A stretch of 64,000 nucleotides of DNA from a virus. The position numbers and the translations under genes were made by a program. The stretch lies in IMG/VR virus record IMGVR_UViG_3300025015_000001; one strand, written 5' to 3'. Position 1 is the stretch's first letter; the number at the start of each line of letters is the position of its first letter. Shown in pieces: positions 19,651 through 29,009 of this stretch. The notes beneath the pieces were generated by a model. It was not told where the DNA came from and ran no database searches. It saw only the letters and a program-made list of their open reading frames with translations.

Positions 19651-19872
19651 CTATATTACTCCTAGTTTAGTTGCTAATAATGTCTGCTCGAATGACAGTG
19701 GAGAAAGACAATCGGACGGGTACTCTTTCAGCATTCCCACAGACTTTCCAGCCATGCATATTATTTCTACGTCATAGCACCCGTCAGCATAGCTATATAG
19801 AATTCTATTAAAATTAAAACCACCTGTATCTTTATTAAATGCTACTATATCTCCTACTTTAAATTTATTCAT
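19651..19872 (-). CDS. small KOW/SH3-like protein
   Basis: MNKFKVGDIV start; paralog of 19869-20093 and 29964-30203. Confidence 0.65.
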   Translation of the reverse strand: MNKFKVGDIVAFNKDTGGFNFNRILYSYADGCYDVEIICMAGKSVGMLKEYPSDCLSPLSFEQTLLATKLGVI

Positions 19873-20093
19873 ATTAATCCTAGTTTAGTTAATAGTATTG
19901 TTTGTTCTATGCTTGGTATGATAGCAGGCCTGTGGGTATAATTTAAAGTAGTTTCTAAATAAAATGATTTACGTGGGCCTGACAATGGAATACACTCTAC
20001 TATATACCATTCAGGTTTACATTCTAGTATTTTATATAACCTATCAGGATTTTTACTTGTGGATACTATATCCCCCACTTTAAATTTACGCAT
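19869..20093 (-). CDS. small KOW/SH3-like protein
   Basis: MRKFKVGDIV start; C-terminal EQTILLTKLGLI. Confidence 0.65.
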   Translation of the reverse strand: MRKFKVGDIVSTSKNPDRLYKILECKPEWYIVECIPLSGPRKSFYLETTLNYTHRPAIIPSIEQTILLTKLGLI

Positions 20094-20177
20094 TGTAATC
20101 CTTTACTTTTAGATTTTCTAAAATTAAAATAGCCCCTATAGTAATCGAACCTACAGGAGCTAAGTACTTGAAATTAC

Positions 20178-21248
20178 TCAGAAATAGCGCGGGGCAATTT
20201 TCTCATTCCAATATTTGGATTTGATAATATTTTCCCTATATTTTGCCGTATTATAGGCATACAGGTCTTTCACAAGCAACCCACCATATTCTGCATCCAT
20301 ACCAAGGCTATACTCTAGTATTCTGTCCATTGCCTTTTGTACACCCATCTTATCTGCCTTTTCGACAAATCTTGATATCAGCATGCTGCACAACGCGAAC
20401 AATACAGATGGTTCTTTAGGAACTTTGTTATCACCAGCGTATATTTTATCTATATCAGGAAGTTCTCTAAACCATTTCTTATACGCAATTATTTCACTAG
20501 CAATACCAGTTCCAGCATAGCCAGCTATCTCATGCATAACAAGCTCGTCTGACATCCCATTAGCATTTGCGTCCACCAACGCCTCAGATATCATTTCCCA
20601 TGTTCTTGCTGTAACAAAATCCTTATAGGCATGACTCTTGTTTCTCTTATCGAATGTATTAAATTTTGATTCTTTAAATTCATTTAGGTAGCTCATAACA
20701 AGAGGATGAAACTCTCTTGCTAATGCAAAGTCTTCTTTCCAATCTTGGAATGGGAGCATGACATTAAGCATCATTACTCTATCCTTCATAGCTTCAGAGT
20801 CTGACGTAGCCCCACTTCCATCTGTAAGCAAGTTACCTGTAGCTATCGGGATAACATTATCAGGAAGCCTGTGCTCTCCAACCCTCCTATCATCTGGGTG
20901 AAAAACCGGCTGTAGTGCTACCTTAGTGGAAGGCATAGCACTACCTAGCTCATCAATAAGAATTATCATACCATCTTTTCCTTCTAAGTCTGCTGATGTA
21001 GGGAGGAGAGGAGATACAGAAAAGAATGAGCGCTGCGTCTTTGTGTCATACCCCATTACCCCACGGACATCTGTGGGGTCTAATGACGACCCCTCAAATA
21101 TTTTTATCCCATAATTCATTTCTTTAGCTACCTGTTTTACTATTGCAGACTTTCCTATACCTGGGCTACCCTTCAAGTATACAGACCTCTTCCTACGAAT
21201 ACATGCCTTCACTATCTCTCTTGCTTGTCTTAGTGTAATTGATTCCAT
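20178..21248 (-). CDS. MoxR-like AAA+ ATPase
   Basis: Walker A GSPGIGKS, DPTDVRG, Walker B IDEL, ATGN, ARTWE. Confidence 0.88.
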   Translation of the reverse strand: MESITLRQAREIVKACIRRKRSVYLKGSPGIGKSAIVKQVAKEMNYGIKIFEGSSLDPTDVRGVMGYDTKTQRSFFSVSPLLPTSADLEGKDGMIILIDELGSAMPSTKVALQPVFHPDDRRVGEHRLPDNVIPIATGNLLTDGSGATSDSEAMKDRVMMLNVMLPFQDWKEDFALAREFHPLVMSYLNEFKESKFNTFDKRNKSHAYKDFVTARTWEMISEALVDANANGMSDELVMHEIAGYAGTGIASEIIAYKKWFRELPDIDKIYAGDNKVPKEPSVLFALCSMLISRFVEKADKMGVQKAMDRILEYSLGMDAEYGGLLVKDLYAYNTAKYRENIIKSKYWNEKIAPRYF

Positions 21249-21332
21249 TTTCCTTCCTCCTTTTACGTAGTAAATTCTCTAGGCTGTGCCTAGAGCTTTT
21301 TTTCTTAATTGTTATTTTTAGAATTTCTAAAA

Positions 21333-21731
21333 TTATTCACTTTTGTTTATCTCTTTCTGGCACTCCTCATATTCTTTTTCAATTTCATCCCATCGTTCTT
21401 TATCCCCCTTATAAAATACTTTTTTGCATTCATCCCATCCTATCTCAATATGTTTAGTATCAATCCTATTCCAACAAAATCTAGTAATTGGAAGACATAT
21501 CATACAATGAAATATTTGATTAATCGTATCTCCATAATATTCTGCCACATCATATACTTCATTGTCTCTTGTAATCTTAATCTTGTTTAAGAAAGGAATT
21601 TTAATATGCGGCGTCTTATCACATATCCACCTTATACTATTTGCTAGTATGAATATATAAGCTGGTGCTTCATCTAATGATATAGAAGCTGTTTTATAAT
21701 AACTATTAGTTGCATAGCGCCATTTTTTCAT
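21333..21731 (-). CDS. hypothetical protein
   Basis: 132-aa ORF. Confidence 0.65.
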   Translation of the reverse strand: MKKWRYATNSYYKTASISLDEAPAYIFILANSIRWICDKTPHIKIPFLNKIKITRDNEVYDVAEYYGDTINQIFHCMICLPITRFCWNRIDTKHIEIGWDECKKVFYKGDKERWDEIEKEYEECQKEINKSE

Positions 21732-21742
21732 AGTACCCCCTT

Positions 21743-22090
21743 TTACCCACGTAGTAAAACCATTTTTAAATTCTTAATAACAGCAAGATGAAAGTTTGTC
21801 TTTTCGTATTTTTTTTCTTTAATTATACTTTTTAGTTTACTAACTACAAATTGAGGTTCTCCTTTAGATATTATTTTGATAATCTCTTCATACTGTTGCT
21901 TATAATTATAATACAGCACAGACCAATTATTTTTTAAATGTTTTGAATTCATAGTAAAACATTTACTATTTTTACGTTGGATGTTTGGGTTATCTGGCAA
22001 GGATGATATGCAATCATTTAACTGCATAACTATAAAATTAAGTTGCTTTTGTATATCATATATAGATTCTTGCACTTTTGCTAGTTTCAT
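21743..22090 (-). CDS. hypothetical protein
   Basis: 115-aa ORF with GGAG RBS. Confidence 0.65.
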   Translation of the reverse strand: MKLAKVQESIYDIQKQLNFIVMQLNDCISSLPDNPNIQRKNSKCFTMNSKHLKNNWSVLYYNYKQQYEEIIKIISKGEPQFVVSKLKSIIKEKKYEKTNFHLAVIKNLKMVLLRG

Positions 22091-22105
22091 ATTTACTCCT
22101 TTATC

Positions 22106-22870
22106 CTAAATTGCTAATTTTAATTGGTACTTTATGTTCCAATAGTTAAATATACTCTTTTTAATACTATCGTCTATCGCGTCATCCTCATATAACTCTA
22201 CTAAATTATTAGCATCAAAACAATCAAAGTTTTTATTATCCCATTCACATTCTAAATTATATCTTCTGAAACTGCATTGATGATTCCATTCCTGTGTGGC
22301 ATTAAACTTATCTAAACTGTCACAGAATATTTTTAGTTTCTCTAAAAGATCTATGCTGTTATTGTTTTCTGTCTCGTCTAATAATTCATCTGCTAAGTCT
22401 AGGTTTCCATCGGCTTCGTGTGTTTCTAATCTGTCAATAAAAGATTCTATGTTATCTTTTAACTCGCTTATCTCTACCCCATCAAATGTGCTCAGTATTA
22501 ACCAGCCGCCACTTCTTCCTGCTTGCGCTAAGTCATAATCTATAGCTTCTATCTCCGGTATACCAGCATTCCAATCATACTGTCTATATTTAGCATCACC
22601 AACAAACCCAAGACCGTCTTCACAGCATTCGTCGAAAAAACATTCATACCCTTTTAAATATCTCTCCCACAGCTTATCATACTTACTATTTATTTTCTCG
22701 CTTCCAGAATGGCCTGTCTCATCATTATTATGCACTTTAATATTCCAGGCTAAGCCTTGAGTTCTATCATGGTCATAGCTTCTATAATCTCTACTTTCAA
22801 ACCACTTTTTTAGTGAAATAAATTTAGATAGGATTTTGGTCTTTCTTAAATCATATTCCAGTGTTAGCAT
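22106..22870 (-). CDS. acidic conserved phage protein
   Basis: 254 aa, Asp/Glu-rich, GRSGGWL motif. Confidence 0.7.
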   Translation of the reverse strand: MLTLEYDLRKTKILSKFISLKKWFESRDYRSYDHDRTQGLAWNIKVHNNDETGHSGSEKINSKYDKLWERYLKGYECFFDECCEDGLGFVGDAKYRQYDWNAGIPEIEAIDYDLAQAGRSGGWLILSTFDGVEISELKDNIESFIDRLETHEADGNLDLADELLDETENNNSIDLLEKLKIFCDSLDKFNATQEWNHQCSFRRYNLECEWDNKNFDCFDANNLVELYEDDAIDDSIKKSIFNYWNIKYQLKLAI

Positions 22871-22894
22871 TTGATTACCCCCTAAAATTTTTTA

Positions 22895-23284
22895 TTACCC
22901 ATGAAGAGCTTTAATAAAATCTTCTACAGCATTTACTCTATTATCTATTACAGGATTTGGCATATTTGTATTCAATTGACTATTATCTAGGCCTGTCTGT
23001 TTAATGGGTGTGTATGTAAAATAGTCATAGTCCCTACCTTCTCTTTTTAGATAGAGTTGTCCGCATCCACATTCTATTATAGTAGCTTCCATACTGTCCA
23101 TTTTATTTAAAAAATCTTTATCATACTGCATGCCTCTGTACGGAGACATCACTATCTTTTGTCTTGAAATATCTAAACCACAAGAACATATCGGAGTTCC
23201 ATTACTACCTATCTTTATAGTTTTCATATTCCTACAACGTTCATATATTTTACCATCTACTGAAAATGTGGTGATTGTTCTCAT
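22895..23284 (-). CDS. hypothetical zinc-binding protein
   Basis: CSCG and CGCG motifs. Confidence 0.6.
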   Translation of the reverse strand: MRTITTFSVDGKIYERCRNMKTIKIGSNGTPICSCGLDISRQKIVMSPYRGMQYDKDFLNKMDSMEATIIECGCGQLYLKREGRDYDYFTYTPIKQTGLDNSQLNTNMPNPVIDNRVNAVEDFIKALHG

Positions 23285-23343
23285 TATTTTCTCCCTTTAC
23301 GTAGTAAATTCTCTAGGCTGTGCCTAGCTTTGCTTCTCCTGAG

Positions 23344-23409
23344 TTCCAACATTTGCGTCAACGCGGACGCTTCGCCTTCGGCTCCGCGCCGGTTACGCCA
23401 GCGTTAGAG
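23344..23409 (+). other. attC-like site
   Basis: TTCCAAC-ATTTG-CGTCAAC...GTTACG-CCAGC-GTTAGAG. Confidence 0.85.
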
Positions 23410-23413
23410 CGCA

Positions 23414-23605
23414 TCATGAAACTGTCTGGGTACTTTCCATTTTCAAAGGTCGCGCGCCCTTTGTCGTGGCTCGATTCTTTCCGCTTCTGGCTGCTGCAAG
23501 CCCGCCAGAACATGAGCTTACCGACTCAGCTTGCAACTTCCGGTATAGCGCGGCCAACCTACTTTCGTCAAACAGCTTCATGATGCCCTCTAACCTGTCG
23601 TTCAA
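23414..23605 (-). CDS. cassette ORF, hypothetical
   Basis: between attC 23344 and 23588; real start may be MKLFDES. Confidence 0.45.
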   Translation of the reverse strand: MNDRLEGIMKLFDESRLAALYRKLQAESVSSCSGGLAAARSGKNRATTKGARPLKMESTQTVS

Positions 23606-23650
23606 CCCGGACTCCGCAAAAGCGCGGAGCCGGTTAACTTTACGTTATGC
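23588..23650 (+). other. attC-like site
   Basis: CTCTAAC-CTGTC-GTTCAAC-CCGG-A-CTCC..GGAG-CCG-GTTAAC-TTTAC-GTTATGC. Confidence 0.9.
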
Positions 23651-23899
23651 ATCATCTAGCTTGTTCGCCCAATCCAGAAGTTCCTTCTTGCTCTTAAAGA
23701 CATTGTGCCGTTTCATGATGATTGAAATCTTGGCAAACGTGAAAAGCAAAAACAACAACCCGGTAACGAATGTCCAAAATGTGCTGCCTTGGCTTATGTA
23801 GATGCAAAACGCCAGCAAAGAGAACGTCACAAAATCTTTGTAAAAAGACTCCAGAACGCTTTCTCTTTTGTCGATCACTACAATCTTTTCTTCGCTCAT
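23645..23899 (-). CDS. cassette ORF, two-TM membrane protein
   Basis: GGAGG RBS; stop TAA overlaps R' of attC 23588. Confidence 0.75.
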   Translation of the reverse strand: MSEEKIVVIDKRESVLESFYKDFVTFSLLAFCIYISQGSTFWTFVTGLLFLLFTFAKISIIMKRHNVFKSKKELLDWANKLDDA

Positions 23900-23915
23900 T
23901 CAAACCTCCAAAGAT

Positions 23916-23977
23916 GCATAACAAGTCATTCCAGCCGATCCTCGCTACGCTCGGACGGCTGAATTCCGGCGTTATCC
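23916..23977 (+). other. attC-like site
   Basis: GCATAAC-AAGTC-ATTCCAG-CCG-A...CGG-CTGAAT-TCCGGC-GTTATCC. Confidence 0.92.
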
Positions 23978-24148
23978 CAAATCGTCGTAACAGTTTTTAC
24001 AGTGCATGTCTGGTTCAAGTCCCATGTTGTACCAAACTACACCATACGGGTGTCCTCTTGCTCTGCACCAAAACGCAGTCCATCGGCTTATTCCGTCGGC
24101 TGGTTTTCCGAGAAGAAATTTCCACCAATCCAAAGTGAGCCAGTGCAT
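23972..24148 (-). CDS. cassette ORF, 58 aa
   Basis: manually translated MHWLTLDWWKFLLGK...MHCKNCYDDLG; stop overlaps R'. Confidence 0.65.
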   Translation of the reverse strand: MHWLTLDWWKFLLGKPADGISRWTAFWCRARGHPYGVVWYNMGLEPDMHCKNCYDDLG

Positions 24149-24149
24149 T

Positions 24150-24196
24150 TTCTAACCTCCCGTTCGACCCCATACGGGGTCAACTAATTGTTGTGC
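24150..24196 (+). other. attC-like site (short)
   Basis: TTCTAAC-CTCCC-GTTCGAC-CCC-ATAC-GGG-GTCAAC-TAATT-GTTGTGC. Confidence 0.8.
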
Positions 24197-24197
24197 G

Positions 24198-24368
24198 TCA
24201 CTCGTCGCTGAACGGTGATCCGCCGCCAAATACGATTGCGACAGAGCATCCGTCCGGCTCTACTCGCAGGATGTTGTCCCACCCGCAGTGTTCGTCTCTG
24301 CAAACAACAACCGCATCATCGTCATATCCATCTAGTGCTCTAAGTAATTCTCCCTTTGTCATGCTCAT
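24198..24368 (-). CDS. cassette ORF, 56 aa acidic
   Basis: manually translated MSMTKGELLRALDGYDDDAVVVC...GGGSPFSDE; AGGAG RBS. Confidence 0.65.
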   Translation of the reverse strand: MSMTKGELLRALDGYDDDAVVVCRDEHCGWDNILRVEPDGCSVAIVFGGGSPFSDE

Positions 24369-24415
24369 CTCCTTTCTTCGTTGGTGCCGGCGATCCGGTG
24401 ACTTTTACGTTATGC

Positions 24416-24631
24416 CTACAACTCAAGTAGGCGCTCTGGTATGCCAACAACATAATCAAATCCAAGTTCAACACAAAAATGAGAATCGTCCCCAGATAAA
24501 TGACTATAATCATCAGTAATCACGCCGACCATCTCATCAATATCGTGATCTATGTAATCATCCCAATGATCTCGACTTTTAAGCCACCTTGTTGCCCCGT
24601 GCTTAACTTTAACTTTGTCTCCGATAGTCAT
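24416..24631 (-). CDS. cassette ORF, SH3/KOW-like
   Basis: MTIGDKVKV...VGVIT; GGAG RBS. Confidence 0.65.
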   Translation of the reverse strand: MTIGDKVKVKHGATRWLKSRDHWDDYIDHDIDEMVGVITDDYSHLSGDDSHFCVELGFDYVVGIPERLLEL

Positions 24632-24644
24632 AAGTCTCTCCTTT

Positions 24645-24700
24645 GCATAACAAGTCAGTCCAGCGGGCGAAAAGACCCGCCGCTGACTTCATCGTTAGCA
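24645..24700 (+). other. attC-like site
   Basis: GCATAAC-AAGTC-AGTCCAG...CTGACT-TCATC-GTTAGCA. Confidence 0.88.
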
Positions 24701-25024
24701 CCCAAGATTTTTCATCCGCTCGTACAGCTTCGGGGCTTTGCCGGTCGGGAATTCTTCGCGGAACATCGATTCGAGTTCGTCCCAATGCTCAACCAACTTC
24801 GCCCACGTCTTGCTGAGTTTTGCTACCTCGCCAAGGTGCTGCCGCGCCTCTGGTACGGCGTCCAAAAACTTGATGCACCGTTTCAGGTCGTCGGGGTCGC
24901 TCGGGTGGTTTCCGAACCGCGCCCACGATTCGTTTGGCTTCACGCCACCGACAGCACAGGCCATCGCCTCGGAACTGATTCCGCGCTCGCCATGTGCAAA
25001 CCAGTCAAGAATTTTGTCTTTCAT
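24695..25024 (-). CDS. cassette ORF, conserved phage protein
   Basis: WFAHGERGISSEAM, HPSDPDDLKRC; stop overlaps R'. Confidence 0.8.
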   Translation of the reverse strand: MKDKILDWFAHGERGISSEAMACAVGGVKPNESWARFGNHPSDPDDLKRCIKFLDAVPEARQHLGEVAKLSKTWAKLVEHWDELESMFREEFPTGKAPKLYERMKNLGC

Positions 25025-25042
25025 TTTTCCTCCGTAATTGTG

Positions 25043-25106
25043 TGCTAACCCTGCGCTCCAGCGCGACGGCGGAAAAGCACCGCCGCGCCTGAGCTATGCG
25101 TTGGGC
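25043..25106 (+). other. attC-like site
   Basis: TGCTAAC-CCTGC-GCTCCAG...CTGAGC-TATGC-GTTGGGC. Confidence 0.9.
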
Positions 25107-25279
25107 GTCAATATCTCCACGCCGATTAAATCGGTTCGGTCGAACCCAGACTCACCGAATCCACCTGCTGATAATTTCTCCTCAATGACTGGAATATCCA
25201 TGTCAACGGTTTCAAAACTTTCGCTCCTAGAGCCGCTAATATTGTCCTGCCATGTACGCTTAAAAATTAGTCTGACCAT
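25094..25279 (-). CDS. cassette ORF, homolog of 53570-53800
   Basis: DMDIP..E..L and IGVEILTPNA; reads through the attC core. Confidence 0.7.
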   Translation of the reverse strand: MVRLIFKRTWQDNISGSRSESFETVDMDIPVIEEKLSAGGFGESGFDRTDLIGVEILTPNA

Positions 25280-25357
25280 ATCATCTCCCTATGTCTAACC
25301 ACTCGTAGTTCTCTAGGCTATGCCTAGAGCTTTATTTTTATTTTAGAATTTCTAAAA

Positions 25358-26185
25358 CTATTTTTTACTATTCGTGTGTAACTCAAAGTCTAAGAGCTTT
25401 CCTTTTATCTCATTTGTCAATTCTACTTTTTCTTTTATATAATTGAATTGAGTATAATCTTTTATACGGGCACCATATTCTAAGAGGAGTTTAACTGTAG
25501 CTGGAGAGTGTGCCCATATTGCGTTACATAGGGTCAAGTTTGTGATTTTCGCTCCGTTGTCTAATAATAACTTTGTTGTACCAACATAGCCTCCTACTGC
25601 CCTATTCAGAGCATCCCCATTTTTAGCATTGACATTTACTCCGGCTTTTATACAAGCTGCCACTTCTTCCACATTATCATCTCTTACTGCAAACAAGAAT
25701 TTATCTATCAGCGCATACTTAGCTATCTTAGCTTTTATTTTATCATTAAATACAAATGATTTAAACATCTTATCTATTTTAGAATTTCTAAATTCGAATC
25801 TTACTTTGCACTCATTCCAATAATTTTCATAACCACTAAGAATACCAATATAATGAGATATATAAGACTTAGCAGTTTGAATCTTATTAAATGTTTCTGT
25901 ACTATTTTCTTTTATGTACTCTGGTATATTGTTGCTGTCACAATTAGGACAATCCCATGTTATTTTATTTCTTAGTGCAGAGCTCACCCTACTCATATGC
26001 TTCGCAGTAGATACACTATAACTATTTGAATTAATTAAGTATTCATTATGGGATAATCTTTTTGCGATAGGGAAGTGCTTACCATAAGAATATATAGTAT
26101 CATCCTCAATAAACATATTAGATGCTTGCCCTTTAGTCGCACCACTTGCAAATTGTTCTGCTAATGAACTATGGTTGTTTCCCAT
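25358..26185 (-). CDS. phage protein with C-terminal ankyrin-like repeats
   Basis: IYSYGKHF N-domain; IKAGVNVNAK..DAL..AV, KLLLDNGAKI, KLLLEYGA. Confidence 0.75.
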   Translation of the reverse strand: MGNNHSSLAEQFASGATKGQASNMFIEDDTIYSYGKHFPIAKRLSHNEYLINSNSYSVSTAKHMSRVSSALRNKITWDCPNCDSNNIPEYIKENSTETFNKIQTAKSYISHYIGILSGYENYWNECKVRFEFRNSKIDKMFKSFVFNDKIKAKIAKYALIDKFLFAVRDDNVEEVAACIKAGVNVNAKNGDALNRAVGGYVGTTKLLLDNGAKITNLTLCNAIWAHSPATVKLLLEYGARIKDYTQFNYIKEKVELTNEIKGKLLDFELHTNSKK

Positions 26186-26186
26186 G

Positions 26187-26600
26187 TTATTCTCCTCTAT
26201 CGTCCGGAACTTCTATCATACTTTTAATCTTAGATAAAGCAAGTGCAGTCTCTAAGTCAACTGGTTCGGATAATTCAAAATCGATAGCCTGCTCTAATGT
26301 GTCAAAATATTCTTTATCTGGGTGTGCCACATTGTCAACTATGAATTTTTCACATTCTGTTGCAGCAAGCTTCTTATGATCGCATGGCATGAATAAGTAA
26401 AAGTATGCGTTATCAACAGTTACCATGACTTCTTTTGATAAGGACGTACGATAATTATCACATATTTGTTTAGGACATTTTTTACAATATTCCCAATCGA
26501 TAGCCTGCTCTAATGTGTCAAAATATTCTTTATCTAGGTGTGCCACATTGTCAACATGTATTTCACCATTGGCATTTTTCTTAAATGACATTCCATTCAT
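26187..26600 (-). CDS. hypothetical protein with internal repeat
   Basis: VDNVAH(L/P)DKEYFDTLEQAID occurs twice; GGAGG RBS before MNGMSF. Confidence 0.65.
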   Translation of the reverse strand: MNGMSFKKNANGEIHVDNVAHLDKEYFDTLEQAIDWEYCKKCPKQICDNYRTSLSKEVMVTVDNAYFYLFMPCDHKKLAATECEKFIVDNVAHPDKEYFDTLEQAIDFELSEPVDLETALALSKIKSMIEVPDDRGE

Positions 26601-26629
26601 GTTAGTCTCCTCCATTTTAATAGTAAATT

Positions 26630-27246
26630 TTAAATACCAAGTTTTGTAATTGTTTCTATATGTATACCGTTTTTCCATCTATCTTCTAAGTCCGCCCAAT
26701 TAATATTTTTAGTATATAACATATCATGTATGTCTTTTATTTTCTTATTATGTAATTCATTATGAGAAAAATATTTACGGGCCAGCATCTGTATAGAATT
26801 TCTAATCCAATCTTTCTGTCGCCATATAAAATAATTACATACTTCTTCTTTAGGAATATTAAATACCCTACAATCAAATATACCCTCTTTTTATACGCAT
26901 CAGAAAAAGCTAACGAAGCAACAGAGGCTGCAACTGACGTCATTTTTTGAACATTATAGTCAAACCATGCTTCTGTTTCCAACGTTTCGTAGTCAGTTAT
27001 TAATATAGATATTTCATCGGACTGTGTATAAGCGCACTCAGCACCCTGTATTTCTTTAAGTAATTTATGGCCGGCGTATATCATAGCGCTAGAAAATTCT
27101 ATATCAAATGGTTTATTACAATTACGCGTGAGAGTATGAAATGCTTTACCATCTAGTCTCATTATAACTGGAGTTCGTCTGAGGAGATAGCTTCTGTTTC
27201 TATTCTCATAGTTATGCTTAATTCTATCGCCTAGACTATCTTTCAT
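26630..27246 (-). CDS. tRNA(His) guanylyltransferase Thg1-like (1-nt frameshift at about 26890)
   Basis: IMRLDGKAFHT, KPFD, AYTQSDEISIL; alternative frame continues FDCRVFNIPKEEVCNYFIWRQKDWIRNS. Confidence 0.85.
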
Positions 27247-27292
27247 ATAATTCTCCTAACTATATTTTAGAATTTCTAAATTATAAATTTAT

Positions 27293-27335
27293 TTCATTTT
27301 TTGAAAATTTTTTAAAAAATTATGTGTTATAATAG
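27293..27335 (+). promoter_or_regulatory. extended -10 promoter
   Basis: TGTTATAAT at 27325-27333; upstream block shared with tnpB promoter. Confidence 0.65.
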
Positions 27336-27366
27336 TAGATAAATAAATTTAAGTAAAGAGGTTACT

Positions 27367-27732
27367 ATGAAAAATATTAAGCAGGCATATCTCAAAGACA
27401 AGACACTAGCGACTAAGACTGGCCACAAAGTATCTAATGAACTTGATGACTTTTTTATGTGGTGCGCAGCTAATAAGATTAAGATTGAAGCTGTTACTGA
27501 AGATGAAAAAATAAATATGCTACTAGATAAAACCTCCGTAATTGGTAAACTAAATCTTCAGCTTACAAGAGCCATAGAGAATTACCCTATACATAATAAT
27601 GTGATAATAGAAACTATTAATAATATTATAGAATCTGCTAATGAATTAAAAAATATATATATAAAAGTAAAGGTGGGGTTCCCTACTTATGAGGAAGAAT
27701 TAGCACATGAGAAGGCCATTTTTTCGTTATAA
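27367..27732 (+). CDS. hypothetical protein, isolated plus-strand gene with own promoter
   Basis: 121 aa; GAGG RBS. Confidence 0.7.
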   Translation: MKNIKQAYLKDKTLATKTGHKVSNELDDFFMWCAANKIKIEAVTEDEKINMLLDKTSVIGKLNLQLTRAIENYPIHNNVIIETINNIIESANELKNIYIKVKVGFPTYEEELAHEKAIFSL

Positions 27733-27762
27733 ATGTAGAGGACTGGAGTAGGCATTACCATT

Positions 27763-28143
27763 CTACAAAGCAGCAAGAGCTGATGTTTTACGTAAAAGTT
27801 CATCGTATATCTCTTCCGCTGTCATTGCATCCAATCTGACAAGATTGCCTAGATCGTAATCTGTATCTCCGATAGTTGCTGTAAGAAGTTTAGTAACTAC
27901 CCCAAACATTTTTGGCCAGACTTTGTGCCTGTATTCCACTACTTTGACATCATCATATATAGCATGGTCTTTATTTTTTAAAATTTCTACTTGCTCAGCA
28001 ACTGATAGTTCGTTTAGAAAGTCAAGTGTTTTTGGGCGAAATTCACGCCTATAACATTTAGGGTCATCTAATATTTTTTCTACCTCCCTCCGCCTAGCAT
28101 GCATCAGTCGTGCAGGAATACCTTCCTTTATTATGTCTTCCAT
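27763..28143 (-). CDS. hypothetical protein
   Basis: 126 aa with GGAGG RBS. Confidence 0.7.
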   Translation of the reverse strand: MEDIIKEGIPARLMHARRREVEKILDDPKCYRREFRPKTLDFLNELSVAEQVEILKNKDHAIYDDVKVVEYRHKVWPKMFGVVTKLLTATIGDTDYDLGNLVRLDAMTAEEIYDELLRKTSALAAL

Positions 28144-28179
28144 CTTACATCCTCCTTTTATATTTTCTAAAAATACTTA

Positions 28180-28398
28180 TTAGCTCTTTTTTATTATAGA
28201 GAGAATTACTCTAGCCTCCGCTAAACATTCGTCTGCTGGCATGTTATTCTTTCCTACAAATGTTGAAGTTAAATAACTGTTTATTGCCTTCTCTGCATCG
28301 TTGTCGCCGGCCATCTCCTGCCACCTACTTACCTTCTCCACTAACTTGATATCGGTTGGTTCGTCTTCCTCAGTAGGTATGGCGAACACCCCCCTCAA
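28180..28398 (-). CDS. hypothetical protein
   Basis: 72-aa ORF. Confidence 0.5.
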   Translation of the reverse strand: MRGVFAIPTEEDEPTDIKLVEKVSRWQEMAGDNDAEKAINSYLTSTFVGKNNMPADECLAEARVILSIIKKS

Positions 28399-28592
28399 AG
28401 ACAGTCCTTAGATTACTATTTAACTCATTAATAATTTTAATCTTGTATTCTTCTGTCAGTGTCTCTGCTTTTATGTTCTTCATAAGCACCGTGCAATTTC
28501 CGGCACAGATTGATAGACTCTTCAATACTCCGTCTAAAGCATTATACAATTCATCATTAGTCATTTTGTTTCTCCTTTTAATTTTAGATTTT

Positions 28593-28964
28593 CTAAAAGC
28601 ACTTCTCCCAACAATCTTCATCATCATCCCAATGCCTTGTATCTGATATTGTGAATGATATAAATAATCCCATTAGTCGTAAGTTAAAATAGAATCCTGC
28701 GTGGTCTTGCTCTTTAGTCCACTCAATATCTACTGTAAATAAATCTCCCAATATAGTATGTATAATAGATATGTAATGACCACATCTATATATGTTCAGG
28801 CTTAGCTCCATAACGCAATACATAAACGTAGGCTCAAATAATGTTATCTGAACACCTAGTCGTTTAAACTTTGTTAAATATTTATTAATACACAATAAAT
28901 CTTTTTGCCAAGCAAAGCTGAGTATTTGATTACTTTGAAAATTTGCATCTTTCCATTTTAACAT
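28593..28964 (-). CDS. hypothetical protein
   Basis: 123 aa with GGAGG RBS. Confidence 0.6.
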   Translation of the reverse strand: MLKWKDANFQSNQILSFAWQKDLLCINKYLTKFKRLGVQITLFEPTFMYCVMELSLNIYRCGHYISIIHTILGDLFTVDIEWTKEQDHAGFYFNLRLMGLFISFTISDTRHWDDDEDCWEKCF

Positions 28965-29009
28965 ATTAGCCTCCTCTTACAAAGTTAAGTAACTAACACA
29001 ACCTAAAAA

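Larger units (their letters stand above)
23330..25305. mobile_element. GC-rich attC-delimited cassette array 2
   Basis: six complete attC-like sites and two half sites separating seven short minus-strand ORFs. Confidence 0.88.
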
